Below, in pieces: positions 15,298 to 28,037 of a DNA stretch of 64,000 bases. Source of the DNA: Pecten maximus (taxonomy: Eukaryota); NCBI RefSeq assembly GCF_902652985.1, contig NC_047016.1, forward strand, positions 52,886,001 to 52,950,000, given 5' to 3'. The position numbers were made by a program, and so were the translations under genes. The first letter of the stretch is position 1, and each line of letters begins with the position of its first letter. Under the pieces are notes generated by a model. It saw only the letters and a program-made list of their open reading frames with translations. It searched no databases and was not told the DNA's origin.

Positions 15298-15809
15298 TTT
15301 TTAAAGCACCTGAGAAAATGCCCAAGTGACCGATCTAACCGCCTTTGTCCGTCGTCGTGCGTCCGTAAACAATTTACATTTTCCACTTCTCAGAAACCTT
15401 TGAACCAATTTTAATGACATGTTGCGGAAATCCTCAATGGCACAAAGTCAACCAACCAAAATTTTGAATTATATGGTCCCCACCCCTTAGTGGAGTGAGG
15501 GGCGGGGCCAAATTGACTGAAATTTCAAAAATCTTCTCAAGACCCAATTGAGGTAGAATCAAATACTCTTCATATTAGGAGGATGGGTGAGAGAGAGATT
15601 GATGGTCTACACATGTTGGCGCTGACTGACCCCATGGGCTGATTGACATGACAAAAAGGGTCAAGTTAACATAAATCATCTGCTCAAAACCAAAATGATA
15701 TAGAATCAAATACTCTTCATAGATGGAAGGTTCTTAACCAAAATTGGGTCAAAATGACAAAAATATTTCAAAACTCAGGTGACCGTTAAGGCCCATGAGC
15801 CTCATGTTT
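15298..15809 (+). mobile_element. Non-autonomous Helentron-associated (HINE/DINE-1-like) element
   Basis: T-run flanks, subterminal inverted repeats CACCTGAG (15307) / CTCAGGTG (15774), a TCCGTCGTCGTGCGTCCGT microsatellite-like tract after the left subTIR, internal duplicated core (AGAATCAAATACTCTTCATA x2) and a 3' hairpin AGGCCCATGAGCCT (15789-15802). Confidence 0.7.
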
Positions 15810-16733
15810 TCTGTTGTATGTGGTACGGGCTATTTTAACATAATTATCTAGTGTTTTGTAGGTGCCATGCACGTTGATGTAGCATTCTCACGTTTTCTGT
15901 TTGATTCCCCTCTAAATGGCTAGCATAGTTTGATGATATTACTTGAATTTAAGAGCTGCAGCAGTGTTACGAATATTAACATTGACTTGGCGTTGTTTTT
16001 TCCCCCTAAACGTTAAGACTTTCCGTTTAGAGCTTCTTAAAAATCTTGGTATAAATAGACCACTAGCCTCTTGAAATAGTCTACCAAATCGACGAACTTG
16101 ATAGATTATACCTTGCTAAACGTGTTGATGATGTTTAAAGTAATGGATGAAATCGTAGTGAACTACGTAGGATCATCTTATGAAATCGACATCCCTGGTA
16201 CAACATTGGGAAGGCAACTCGTCGGTCCACTTTATCAACAAATAAATAGGAAATGAGTATATGATCAATTTTGTGATGGAAATAAATAAACAAATTAAAA
16301 AACTGAAGAAAAACATAAGTGTTAGTCACGTTTTAATGGCAGTTGTTTGGAATTTGAAAATATAAATTCTAATTGGAGCTGTAACTATTTAAGCTAGTTC
16401 TATATTTGTATAATAGATTAGAATATTTCATTCCGGCCAAAGATGTTATTAAGACTGCGAATGTCGTGCCCATCTGCCAGACGGAATTCTTTGGGAAGAT
16501 AATGGATGATAATACAGAGTTGTAGAATAAAACCTTGCCCTATTACGGAACCGTACATAACCGTCGAGATAAATACTATTGTCTTAGTATCGGGACCTAT
16601 TACAGATAATAGTTACATCTGCATTTAGCATATACATGTTAGATATGTTGATCCGCCTCACAACTCCTCTTCACATTGAAGCTGGTTCTGAACACAGAAC
16701 TGTATAAATATATACACCAATATGTTTTACCTG

Positions 16734-19700
16734 CTAATTGAATGAACTGTTCCGTGGCCTCGATTTGATTTCTGTTTTTTCTTTCAACGACCCGTGCCTT
16801 GCCCTTGGTCTTGTGTCTGGCGATGATTCATCCAAGGACATTGTTGATGGCGAGCCTATTTTCATCTCTGGCATGGACCGTTTTTTCTTCAATACTCGTT
16901 TCCTGGCTTGGGGCCCTGTATTCTTATCAGTATTTACTTCAGTTAGGTCTACATCAGGAGTGTCGGTTTCAACTCTCCCCAGTTTTCGCACTCGAGAGGT
17001 TCCGTCCAGTGAAGACTTCCCACTGCGGCCGATATCGTTCTCTTTGCCTTCTGCATCACCTCCATCAGTCACAAGTATGGCTTTCATTTCGCTTTCAGAT
17101 TTACTTGGTTTCTTGAAAGAAGATTTCTTGTCTGACCTATTCAAATAACTTTTATTGTCCGAATTCGTCGATTTAGTTTCGTCCTTTAAATGTAACGCAT
17201 GCGCATCTTTGTTCACGCTCAGCTTCCTGACACGATCAGGTGATGAATTGACAGCGCCATCTTGTGCACCAGCATTGATTTCGTCATTATTTGATTTCAA
17301 AGAACCGGAAATCTTTTCTTTCTTTGAAATTATTGAAGTAGATGATATGTCTTTGTGCAACTCATCCGCGCTGCACTTTCGTGCAAAGGTGGACAATCTC
17401 GACAGACTTTCTGTGTTGGACTGTACCCAAACATCACTCATGGCTCGCTGCAGTAACTTTCTGTGGTTGATGTCAGATGAGGTTTTCCGAGGTCTACGGA
17501 CAGAAGAAATAAATTCGGGATCGCCTACCCAAATATCTGCGATTTCCTGTTGATCAGAAGTGCTCGACAACTTTCTGGTACGTCCAGCGGGTGTAGATAC
17601 CCCTGTTACGGAAGGACGGCCATGTTGGCCCTGTTTGGCACTTCCGGAGCATCCCAGAGTTGGGATGTCTTCAAATTCTAGTGATTTCCGTCGGCCAGAC
17701 CGATATCGCTGTGGGTCCGTGTCTGTTCCAGGTGTTCATACAAAAATAATGAATAAACAGAATGATTTAAAATAGCATCAATTTATTACATACACTGTAT
17801 TATAAGTACTACAACTGTTTCTGTTATTGTAACACATGCTGTACCATTGTAATTTAACCTTTACTATTGTTTAACATACTCTTGCTCTTTGTCTTACCTA
17901 TTGCATTAATCAATTGCTATCTATCGAAAATAAGTATAGTATTTCATACATTAATACATCATACACAGAACTGATAAATCTCGTGCTGTTTTTTTTAAAC
18001 AAGGTTAAGCCTTATATATTGGTTTAATTTGTGAAATATATGTCTAAATCAAGAATAAGAATTACTACATGTATTGAATGGCATTGTTATGACATGTACA
18101 CTTGCTATAAATGACAACGTATGGACGGAATCTCAATGCATGTTTGTTTGGCTGCACATGTCCATAAAATAACGTAAAAAGGAAGTTGGATGATGTATAT
18201 AATCGATTTAATAACCTATTCAAGCTGTCGTTCTACAATGCTTACCTCCAATTCCTTTCTTTGGTGTTGATCCCGGTTTTACAGTCGTCTGACCAAATTT
18301 TGGGATGATTGTGATAGGATAAGGGTTGACGAATACCTCCTCCTCCTCAATGTCACCCTCCTCCTCCTCTAGATCATTTCTCACTGGAAATCAAACCAGT
18401 CACGATATATTCATAAATTTCGTAGACTTATTTAGGGTTTAAATCCTGTTGTTTTGATAGTGTCGTTTTACACTGCTAAATGTTTGGGGATAAAAAACGG
18501 AACCTTGTCGCACAGGAATGATTTTGATACAGTTCTGGATGTTTTATGGACAGAATATAAAATTACACCACACATTGCTTCCGTCCTTATAGGACAAATC
18601 AGTGTTATTAGTCTCCAAAAGTATGGGAATGTAGAAGGCAGGTAATGAAAACGACAATTGGCCTAAAATGTGAAAATTAGGAAGGGGATAATGTACTATC
18701 CCTGTTAGCGAATAGATATGATATCAGATACATTCAAGATGGTTGATATATTCAGGATATTTGATGCGTTGAGGATATTTGATACTGTAGGATATTTTAT
18801 AGTTTAGGATGTTTGATACGTTAAGGATATTAATTTTGATACGTTTAGGATATCTAATACGTACATGATATTTGATTTATATTCACAAGCACATGAAAAT
18901 CGGGACCACTATTCATAACATTTTAAATTTGACATCTGAATGATGTACGCATAATTGTGCGCTTGGCATAGCATTCTTCATCGTCGGATACCCACGGTTG
19001 ATTGCACAACGCTACGCTACAATACTCAGTGAAAACAAATCCTTGTTTCAATGACGTCATTCCATAAATAGAAACCAATTAACATAACGCTTTCAGAATA
19101 AGAATTCTTCAATTCAGGGGGAAATGTATTTAACCATATGGCTGCGCCCATGAATGAGCATAAGGATGAGTATCGAAAAGAACGGCTTTGCGGTGAACAC
19201 ATTGACTGAAATTCCTGATAACCGGCGTTTCCATCACCTAGGTCTCTTGATAGGAAGGCATCTCTGTCAGACAAAAAGATATTAATAATATTCTGCTGAA
19301 ATACTTTAAACCCGTTGATATCAATTTTTTTAAACATGCTTCGAGACCCCTCCTCGTCAGTGTTGTTGATACGCAACTTTTCGAAAGCGTATGTTATCTT
19401 CAATCTGATTGGCTGAAATTCGCTAGGAAAATGTGACGAAACCAATCAAATAGTCTTTATTGAAAAGGAGGATTTTTCAGTGAGTTGACACAAGGCTGAT
19501 AAGTGTAACGTATTGCAATCAACCGTGTGTATTTGACGGTGGTATCCTTACGTTTGAAAGGCGGTTTAATTTTGATTGAATCATGCAATTTTAATCCACC
19601 GTCCATAAAAGCCATTATGAAGCGCATAAAATAAACCTAACATTTCGATCGTCAAAATCAATGTCAGATAAGATGTCAAATATTTCAGTTCCGGATTTCA

Positions 19701-22528
19701 TTACAATAGGATGATGTTTGTTTTAATTTATCTGACAGTCACGATACACGTAATGTATATTAATAGTTATTGAGTGGAGATTATCAATGCCACAAAGCAT
19801 GGCTTAGTACAAAGTATGAGGTCATAATATATCAAATCAGGAAATGTAGGGAGTTCAGACAGAGAGAACAAAACTGCACGGCGTAAAATGAAAAAGAGAG
19901 TATATAATGTCGTAAGCATTATGTCGTTTGGAAGTATAATATTTCCCTTTCCGGTTTGATGTTCAATTCTATATAATTACCTAGTAGCCAATTACGTTGT
20001 TGTCACCCCAATTCTTAATTTGTGAACGTGGCATTACTTGTATTGGATCTAACATTATCAGGCGGCTGTCGCCGAGGAAGTTGACGACACTAACTCATTC
20101 TGCCGGCTCAAATGAACAAATCCTTCTTGTATGTTTTGGTCATGCGTTAGAAGTTGTTTTTACGGTAAGTACAATCGATTAATGTTTTGATTACCCCAAA
20201 GTTTCAATCCTAGATTTCCCCTTTAAAGTGCATGTATTTATCAAATGATTACACACTTCCCACATCCCTGTGAGACTTTACGTCACTACTAATCCTGTAA
20301 TCAAAGTCATAACTGACCCTTTAAATTGCAGGTGACCTAAAGCCAGGTACGTAATGCATTGTAATCTATATAGGTAAACACAGGTCGGCATTGTTCTTGT
20401 TAGTTTCTGTTGTGTAGTTCTCTACCTAGCAACATCGTGATATCTACATCCGATATACACGCCTGATAACTAATACTTTACAAATGTAAACACTGTATGT
20501 TATTGTTGTTTATATACGTTTGTTTTCGCTTGATAAGTAGAGCATATACTGTTAGTATATAAATAATATACGCGTGAGAATTCAATATATAGGCTATAAT
20601 GTATTCATAATTGTCATCGTGGCCTAAATAAGCTCTGAAAGTCTAGCATATATACCATTATTGGCGACTTCAATACGGCGACGTTGATATATATAATATG
20701 TGCGTGCTAATTCAATATATAGGCTACATTGTTATAATAATTGTCATAACGGCCTATATACAAATGTAAGCTCTGGTATTCTAGTATATATATAACATAA
20801 ATGGTGTCTTAAAGACTCTAGCCTTGATTTTTCAATATCTACTAGGTTTTTTTCGGATTTAATTTATTCAAGTTAAGAAATTTAATGACATTTATTGAAT
20901 GCAATTTAATGTATCTAATAAGAAATTTATTAAAACGAATTTATTGGATATGTCATCAGGAATTTATTTGGATTTTTAAAGTAATATAGTTGGATTAAAG
21001 ATAACATGGGGTTTTTTGTAATGATTAAAATGAAATTTAGCTATTATATTGAATTAAGAACTACCTTATATAGGTGGCATACCACTTAATACATGTACAT
21101 GGTTTATTTTGAAGTAGTGTCACATTATTCCATATGTGAGGTCATAAGGCATTAAAATTATGTTTATGTAATACTGCATATTTTATATTTCCCATCAGTC
21201 TTAGGAAATGTTTTGGTTATGTGATATTAAGGATAGATCAATTCGTAGAGAGTTTTATTTAGGAATTGCTGATTCTGTTCAGGAGTGTAATGAAAGCTCT
21301 ATATTTACTATATATGTTTTTGTTACTTACAAAAAAAGTAAAAAAAAGTATTCATATGTTACACTTCTCTTCATGTGATTTTCAACAGGACACCTCATGT
21401 CAGCAGGATATTGTCTAACATTAACACGGCGACCTGTCATGATTCTGTTACGCCATACGAATTTATATGTTCATTCATTGGTCAATATATTCAAGCTATT
21501 ATTATGCATTAGCCAACGATATCATCTTTATGTATGCTTATATATGTACAGTCATGGAGTTTCTGGTATGAAGCCAAACTTGTTGATAGAGAATACATAG
21601 AGTGGTAGCTATGCCATGTTTTACTGTAAAGAGGTAGGCCTTTAAGATATTTTTTATAACCGAATTTCGATGACGTCATTAGAAAATGTCGTCTCTTACG
21701 TACAGATTGGTAGTGATATAAGTATTAGGGACATTTTTATTTACACTATTATTGTTCAGTCAACATTTAATACCATTTAGACAAAGCAAAGCTACCAGTG
21801 AAGACACATTCAGAATGTCAACAACAAAATACCACTAGGCAAACTATATACTGTTTTCGTCATCACACAAAAACAACAACAACAAAAACAAAGAAAAAAA
21901 ACACAAAAATTAAAAAAACACAAAAAAAAACAACAAAAAAACAAACAAAAACCAAAAAAACACACACACACAAAACAAAACAAAACGGAATCACTAAACG
22001 TAACAACACACAGAACAAAATGGAATCGGATACCGTCACAACACATTGAACAAAGCAGAATCTAAGCGTCACAACAACTTATTTAAAAAAGGAATATGTT
22101 AGCGTTACAACATCAAATTGAACAAAATAGAATCTAGCGTTAAAGCAACTTATTAAACAAAACATGAACTGTAAATGTCATCACATCATATCATGTATCA
22201 AACAACAACTGTTAGTGGCATCACAACAACGCATTGACCAAAAAAAAAACTCCTATCATTACCACAACTGCACATTTAACAAAAAATATGTTAACATCTC
22301 ACCTGCATCTGTTGGTAAGTAATCCACGTCATATATCAACTGTTCCACGTGCAGGCGTTGGAGAATGTCCTTGACCTCCTGCTCGTCCTTTGAATATTGC
22401 CTCACGAAGACTTTCTTCTGGTGCTCAATTGTCTTTGTTCTTTTTTCATGCGCCACGCGCTCTAAAGAGTTCTTCTGAACGAAGTCTCGCATATTGTTGG
22501 CATCCAACTGTCCTGGTGTACCGTGCAT
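16734..22528 (-). CDS. Uncharacterised ~450-aa protein (N-terminal putative coiled coil, acidic patch, long Ser/Lys/Arg-rich disordered tail); exons 22528-22303, 18383-18246, 17722-16734
   Basis: Three exons with canonical GT/AG join in phase 1/1 (226+138+989=1353 nt) with no stop: MHGTPGQLDANNMRDFVQKNSLERVAHEKR...LPTDA|VRNDLEEEEGDIEEEEVFVNPYPITIIPKFG...KKGIG|DTDPQRYRSGRRKSLEF...RPRNSSFN*. Confidence 0.8.
18893..19700. mobile_element. Degenerate inverted-repeat (MITE/foldback-like) element in intron 1 of the uncharacterised gene
   Basis: CCCACGGTTGATTGCA (~18991) is inverted against TGCAATCAACCGTGTG (~19514); ATGAAAATCGGGAC..TTTGACATCT (left) is inverted against AGATGTCAAA..GTTCCGGATTTCAT (right). 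Confidence 0.55.
20560..20800. repeat. Imperfect ~130-bp tandem duplication
   Basis: AATTCAATATATAGGCTA...TAATTGTCAT...AAGCTCTG occurs twice. Confidence 0.7.
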
Positions 22529-24866
22529 TGTACCCGTCCACTTAACCTCTTAAACAATATATATCTTTCCTAAAAAGAGTAAACGTTTATCCACTGCTAT
22601 TCTACTGCATTCTCCTCGTCGGCCTAACACTCAGACTAATCTTACGTTTTTTTCTTCTCAGAATCCTTCCTCTATAATGATAACTGATTTTTAAAGATGC
22701 GAGACTTTATATTTTCATATCGATCCTATTTTGAAGCAGTTGCCTCGATGTTGATTAATTAAGGTGTTCTCGGTGATAACATGTATACTCTCAATACATC
22801 AACAACATGCTATGTGTTAATAGCTGAAACAAGGCAAAAATCGTTCGTTGGTTGGCTAAATTATTTAACCTAGACAAAGTTCGTTTAAAACCTCGGTGAA
22901 TGAACTTTAAAAATCGAATTAGGTTTGCAATCTGTGATCAAAATTGATGAAAGAACCCAAGATGATTGGCAGGAATAAACATTCATTTCCGAGTCTCGTA
23001 TAATAGAACAACACTTTTGTGTTGGTTTACAATTACTTCCGTCGTTCAGGTTAAAACACGCCAAGAAGAAAGAGTTTGAACTTTTCCTATTAAATGTCAG
23101 TAAATTTGGACCATCAATTGTAGTCAAACAGCCTCACTCGTGGCAAAGTGTGATGTAGGTATGAAGCGTAGGTAAAGTAACACACAACGCTGCGGCGTAC
23201 GCATCATAGCGGTACACTCACAGAATAGTTAGCATCTGATCACATGTACACAATGCATATTATATTTCGTTAAAGCTGATGTCATTTATTATATCTAATC
23301 TTCCTCTTTGCGACCATGGTAAGTTATGGAGACAAACACAACAGCATTCTTCGTGTCCTAATATAACTGGTTTGACAAAGTTCAAAGCCTTGCCGATAAC
23401 ATCCATTTTCACGTCACATAATAATAAATGCGTCCACAACTATTTATATTACTTAACACGCGCTGATCAAGTAGTTCAATGTGTGAATTGGCGAGATTTT
23501 GAAGAGTTTTCCGGAAACAATGATTGCCTTACTAGTATTGTATCACCTGGCTGGCCTAAGTCCATGCTCCTACTGTTCTTTCCATCAAATCCTATGTCTT
23601 TAGTTTCTACTTAACGTAAGATATATAACAATCGTTCAACATCCCACGGCATCAGAGTTATTCATCCACATGAAAATAAAATCTTACTGTATTTAAAAGG
23701 CCCACAGTCTAACGTCCGGTGTCAGCAAGTCTAGTTAGTTTTCTCCGAGTGAGAGTAACTAAAGAGTGCCCAATAGTCATTTATTACACCACATGATATG
23801 TATACCAAGAAGGAATTTGAAGAATTATCTGACACAATTAATTTCTGGAAAGAGCCGCCGAGTAAGCTGCTCATATTTTGTAGTTATATATTTACGTATG
23901 GGAATTAGAAACTGATTTATAATGGAAGTTTAATAAACAAAGACCCCATATCAATACATAATCAGGTGTGGTTCGGCCCTGAATCACGTCGGACCGAGTC
24001 GCATAAAGGCCTACTGATAACAACTAAGCACGCAAGACTTACCATTAAATGGAGGGGAGCATACAGATGATATCAGCTGCTTGGCAGGTTGTATGACTTT
24101 GCAACATTAAAATCTAATCAAATGTGTCCATGTCGTTAACATGTACGGCCAGCTAGGTTAGTTTACGAGTTGGCATACAGCTATCAGTTTTTGTCATTTT
24201 TGGCTGGTAAACGATGATGTCATCACTGACTTCAGGTTTCCTTTTATACATGTTTAAATGTTTATGATCCCAGTATTGAAAATACATTTATATATCTACC
24301 TTTGATTTTTTTTAAAAACATTTAATGTGATGTTGTTTTAAAAACCAAATAAAAATGTTTAATATTTAAATTTTTTATTCATTTTGCAGATATGAATTTC
24401 AATAAAAAAATCTCACTTCTCCAGTGATAAATCTCTCGCACATTTAGTTATAAAGTCAACATCTCACCTCATTCATCTGCACACTTTTAGAATTTTAGCG
24501 CTTTACACCTTGCAAAGTAATTTTGTATATATCTTTACAGTATACATGGCTTACATTGTCTACACCGCCAAACATTCCCTCATAATTTCAGTTTTAAATA
24601 AGGTCTATCTCACCATTTGATAAATGTAACATAAATCTTCTGGTTTTTCTAGTGATAAATATATCATTAGAAAGTCGATAATCATGTCTCATTCATTCCC
24701 TGTCTTGGCAGCTGAGAATTAAACGGAAGAATACAGACACATAAAAATAATAAATGAGAGCATTTATATTGTAAAACGGCAATCAGTTCCTTTTGTTGAG
24801 TTTGGTGTTCACATATGGCAGTAGTATCTTTGGACATGATACACAATGTAAATATTCATCTGCATA

Positions 24867-27800
24867 TCATGAACAGCGACAGACAGTCGACGGACAATGT
24901 GGAGGTACATGGTTACACGTGCTGTCACACCAGGAATCCGTGGCGACAATAGATACGGAAACACATGTCCGGCTACCGCTAGAGGGCGCTGGAGTTGTAG
25001 ATGGCGTGGTTGTCGTTGGCGTTGTTATCCGTGTTGCTGTGTTGGCTTCAGTTGTTGTCTGGACTTGATTTCCTGACGTAGGAATCCTTTCTGTTGTGGT
25101 TAAAATGGCTGCTGGTTTACCTGATGTTGATGTTTTTAAAATGGACGACAAAGTAGTATATATCTTAGTTTCTCTAGCTGTAGTGGGGGTCGAGTCAGTT
25201 ATTGTCGCCTTTGAATCTGTTGTTTTAACAGGTGCCGCTGTTGAAGGTGTTGTTTTTACAGGTGTCGGTGTTGAAGGTGTCGTTTTTACAGGTGTCGTTG
25301 TCCTACTTGTCGCTGATGTAGTGGGCGCTGTGTTGACTACTGCTCTATTTGAAATAGCTATATCTGAGCATGCATAGAATTCTTCTTGTGGTCCAAATCC
25401 TAAACCGTTTCCATTTTCATCAGTGCCCCAACTATTTCCTGAAATTACAAACATAAAATGTGAAATTTTAATTACTTAATAATTGTAAAAACAAACATTT
25501 GTTATAGCCATGGACATGCCAGTTCTTTGCAGTCAATTGAAAACAGAAATCTGTGACATCCACAAAGATAAATCGATGAGAACAAAATTGCAAAAACTAA
25601 TAACATCAAAAACTATTGGTTTACAGCACAATTCTGACTTTTACAGAATTATACATATCCGCTATTGGTTTCTCAAATTAAGAATTCTTTCTCTTTCAAA
25701 TCATTTAAGCATCGTCCTACGTGACATGCGTTATATTTAACTATGAAATTAGTTACATGGTTTTCACAAAAAAGTACCATTTTATAGATAATTTATTTAA
25801 TGATGATAATAACACATGCGATATAAAAAGTTATTTCATGGAAAATATGGCTACTTTTAAGTTATCACCTGTGAAAAAAAGGACCTAACATATCACACTA
25901 GCTTACCTGTATGGTATCGCCATTGAATGACACACTGGGAACACGTGACGTTCGATGGCAGGTCCAAAGCGATTGTTATATTACCAGGCTTTTTCCCGAT
26001 TTGATGTTTTGTCTCTCCTGTATTCGAGTTTGGAAGTAAATATTTTAGACACTCTTTTGTGATGGGTTTGGCCACATCGTTGTTTTCACAGAGACGGAAT
26101 TCAAAGAATCCGAGATGATTAGAAGTTATCTCGACGGTGATGTTGATGGTCGAACCCTTGGTATAATATTTTACGATAACACCCTTTGCATATTTTCCCC
26201 CAGCCTCGTTTTCCCTTGGATGTGGCTGGTCATAAGGGTCTCCGCAAACGCCACACTTGCCCCCGAGACTTTGTTGATGCTACAAAAGAAATTAAGAGAT
26301 ATGTCAACCCCATGCTGAATATACGGAACTGGAACTTTATAGAGAAGACAACAAAATGGCTCAGAGAGGCTCCCAAGCCTAACAGAAGTGTTCGATGGCA
26401 ATAAAAAGTGATGATATGTTTAAACACTTCAATGTAGTTAACTCTGTGGAAGGATTTGTGAAAAACATTGAACTGAGTTAAAGCTATTGTCATAAAATTA
26501 TAGCTACTGTAACGCCTACATCCTACAGACTGCCTGTTACAATAGATAAATGATGACGACAATAGTGTAGTTGTTATATCTAAGTTATATCTAATTAATA
26601 GTTTGGTTTGTTTTTGTTTAACGTCCTATTAACAGCCAGGGTCATTTAAAGACGTGCCAAGTTTTGGAGGTGGGGGGAAGCCGGAGTACCCGGAGAAAAA
26701 CCACCGGGCTACGGTCAGTACCTGGCAACTGCCCCACGTAGGTTTTGAACTCGCAACCCAGAGGTGGAGGGCTAGTGATAAAGTGTCGGTACACCTTAAC
26801 CACTCGGCCACCACGGCCCCATAATCTTATTAATACCAACACATGAAAAACAATAATAGCAGCGCCATTAAAATGATCACGTATCAAACAGGGAAATGTG
26901 TACCAAATATGGAAGGGGAACACGATATTCGTTCTTTGTGAACAGCTTAATTCTCTGGAGGGTGGTACATAATTACTCGTTTTCGTTTATATAGCCTAGT
27001 AGTGTATAAGGTAAGATTGACTAGGTACACGTGTCCCGATGGAGTATCGAACTTCCTTGTACACAGACCCCATGCGTTTAGTTAAGGAATATCATATTTC
27101 ATTTAACCATGCCCGAGTTACATCCGGGTCGACAGGTGTGACTATTTGTATGTAAAATAAGTCAACGAGAAGTCTACTGTTAACATGTAAGTCGATATAC
27201 ATGTTTGTATATCAATTATGTTTTTGTTGAGACTAAAAAGTCGGCTATTTTAAGGTGAAACAATCCCAGAACTATTAGATATGGCGAATACAACCATTAC
27301 AACACCGACTATAATGTTTTTACTTTTATTTAGCTCTCTGTAATCAAATACAAAAGGTTGTCGCTTTAGAAACAAAAGAGAGACACCATCGTTAGTAATT
27401 TCTTTTGAATGTTCTACCGTTTTTCTAATTTTTTCCTTGTGTGTCATTTTTTTTATGTTTGATAGATATCAATACAACTAAAATACAATTTTATTTGACA
27501 TTTAACCCCGCAATATGGATATCATCATGGTTATTTATCAAACAGTATACAGNNNNNNNNNNNNNNNNNNNNNNNNNNNNNNNNNNNNNNNNNNNNNNNN
27601 NNNNNNNNNNNNNNNNNNNNNNNNNNNNNNNNNNNNNNNNNNNNNNNNNNNNNNNNNNNNNNNNNNNNNNNNNNNNNNNNNNNNNNNNNNNNNNNNNNNN
27701 NNNNNNNNNNNNNNNNNNNNNNNNNNNNNNNNNNNNNNNNNNNNNNNNNNNNNNNNNNNNNNNNNNNNNNNNNNNNNNNNNNNTTTAATCAACTTACTGC

Positions 27801-27968
27801 GAATCCCCCACAATACAGTTCGTTGTCATTGAAGTTTTTCGGTGTATCGAACCCACCTCTCCAGGCACTGCTTCTTCCCAATGGGTTTAAAAGGCGACCA
27901 TGACCATTAATAGTCATAAACACGGAAACGGTCACCTGGAAGAAAAATGTCAACTCGAACGACTGCAT
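24867..27968 (-). CDS. AA15-type lytic polysaccharide monooxygenase (LPMO-A; chitin-binding type-4 domain) with Thr-rich linker and C-terminal 6-Cys module, 371 aa; exons 27968-27798, 26279-25907, 25438-24867
   Basis: 22-aa signal peptide, then HGRLLNPLGRSSAWRGGFDTPKNFNDNELYCGG (His1), CGVCGDP, ENEAGGKY, TSNHLGFFEFRLC (His2), TCSQCVIQWRY, GNSWG..GPQEEFYACSDI; 171+373+572 nt in frame with canonical splice sites. Confidence 0.95.
26601..26820 (-). mobile_element. tRNA-derived SINE (V-SINE-like core), in intron 1 of LPMO-A
   Basis: Reverse complement of the copies at 36660, 39526 and 59127; A box, B box and AAAC-type tail; imperfect TSD ATCT(A/T)ATTAATA. Confidence 0.9.
27553..27783. other. Assembly gap (N run) in LPMO-A intron 1
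   Basis: Run of n. Confidence 1.
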
Positions 27969-28029
27969 CTTACTTAATTTGTTGGTACGTCTCTTGATCT
28001 GGACATACTGTACTTTGTCAGACAAGGGG

Positions 28030-28037
28030 TTTATATA
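28030..28037 (-). promoter_or_regulatory. Candidate TATA box (TATATAAA) of LPMO-A
   Basis: About 60 nt upstream of the ATG at 27968 on the minus strand. Confidence 0.5.

Noticed and set aside
16738-17775. Plus-strand ORFs of 71-136 aa
   Set aside because: Antisense shadows of the large minus-strand exon
21362-21433. Possible extra minus-strand exon (GRRVNVRQYPADMRCPVENHMKRS) of the uncharacterised gene
   Set aside because: Weak splice signals and no good in-phase donor; exons 1 and 2 already join in frame without it
21798-22072. Lys/Thr-rich and Phe/Val/Cys-rich ORFs (similar at 42886 and 31226)
   Set aside because: Low-complexity A-rich or microsatellite tracts
27441-27832. ORFs containing X runs (also 42183-42434)
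   Set aside because: They span assembly gaps
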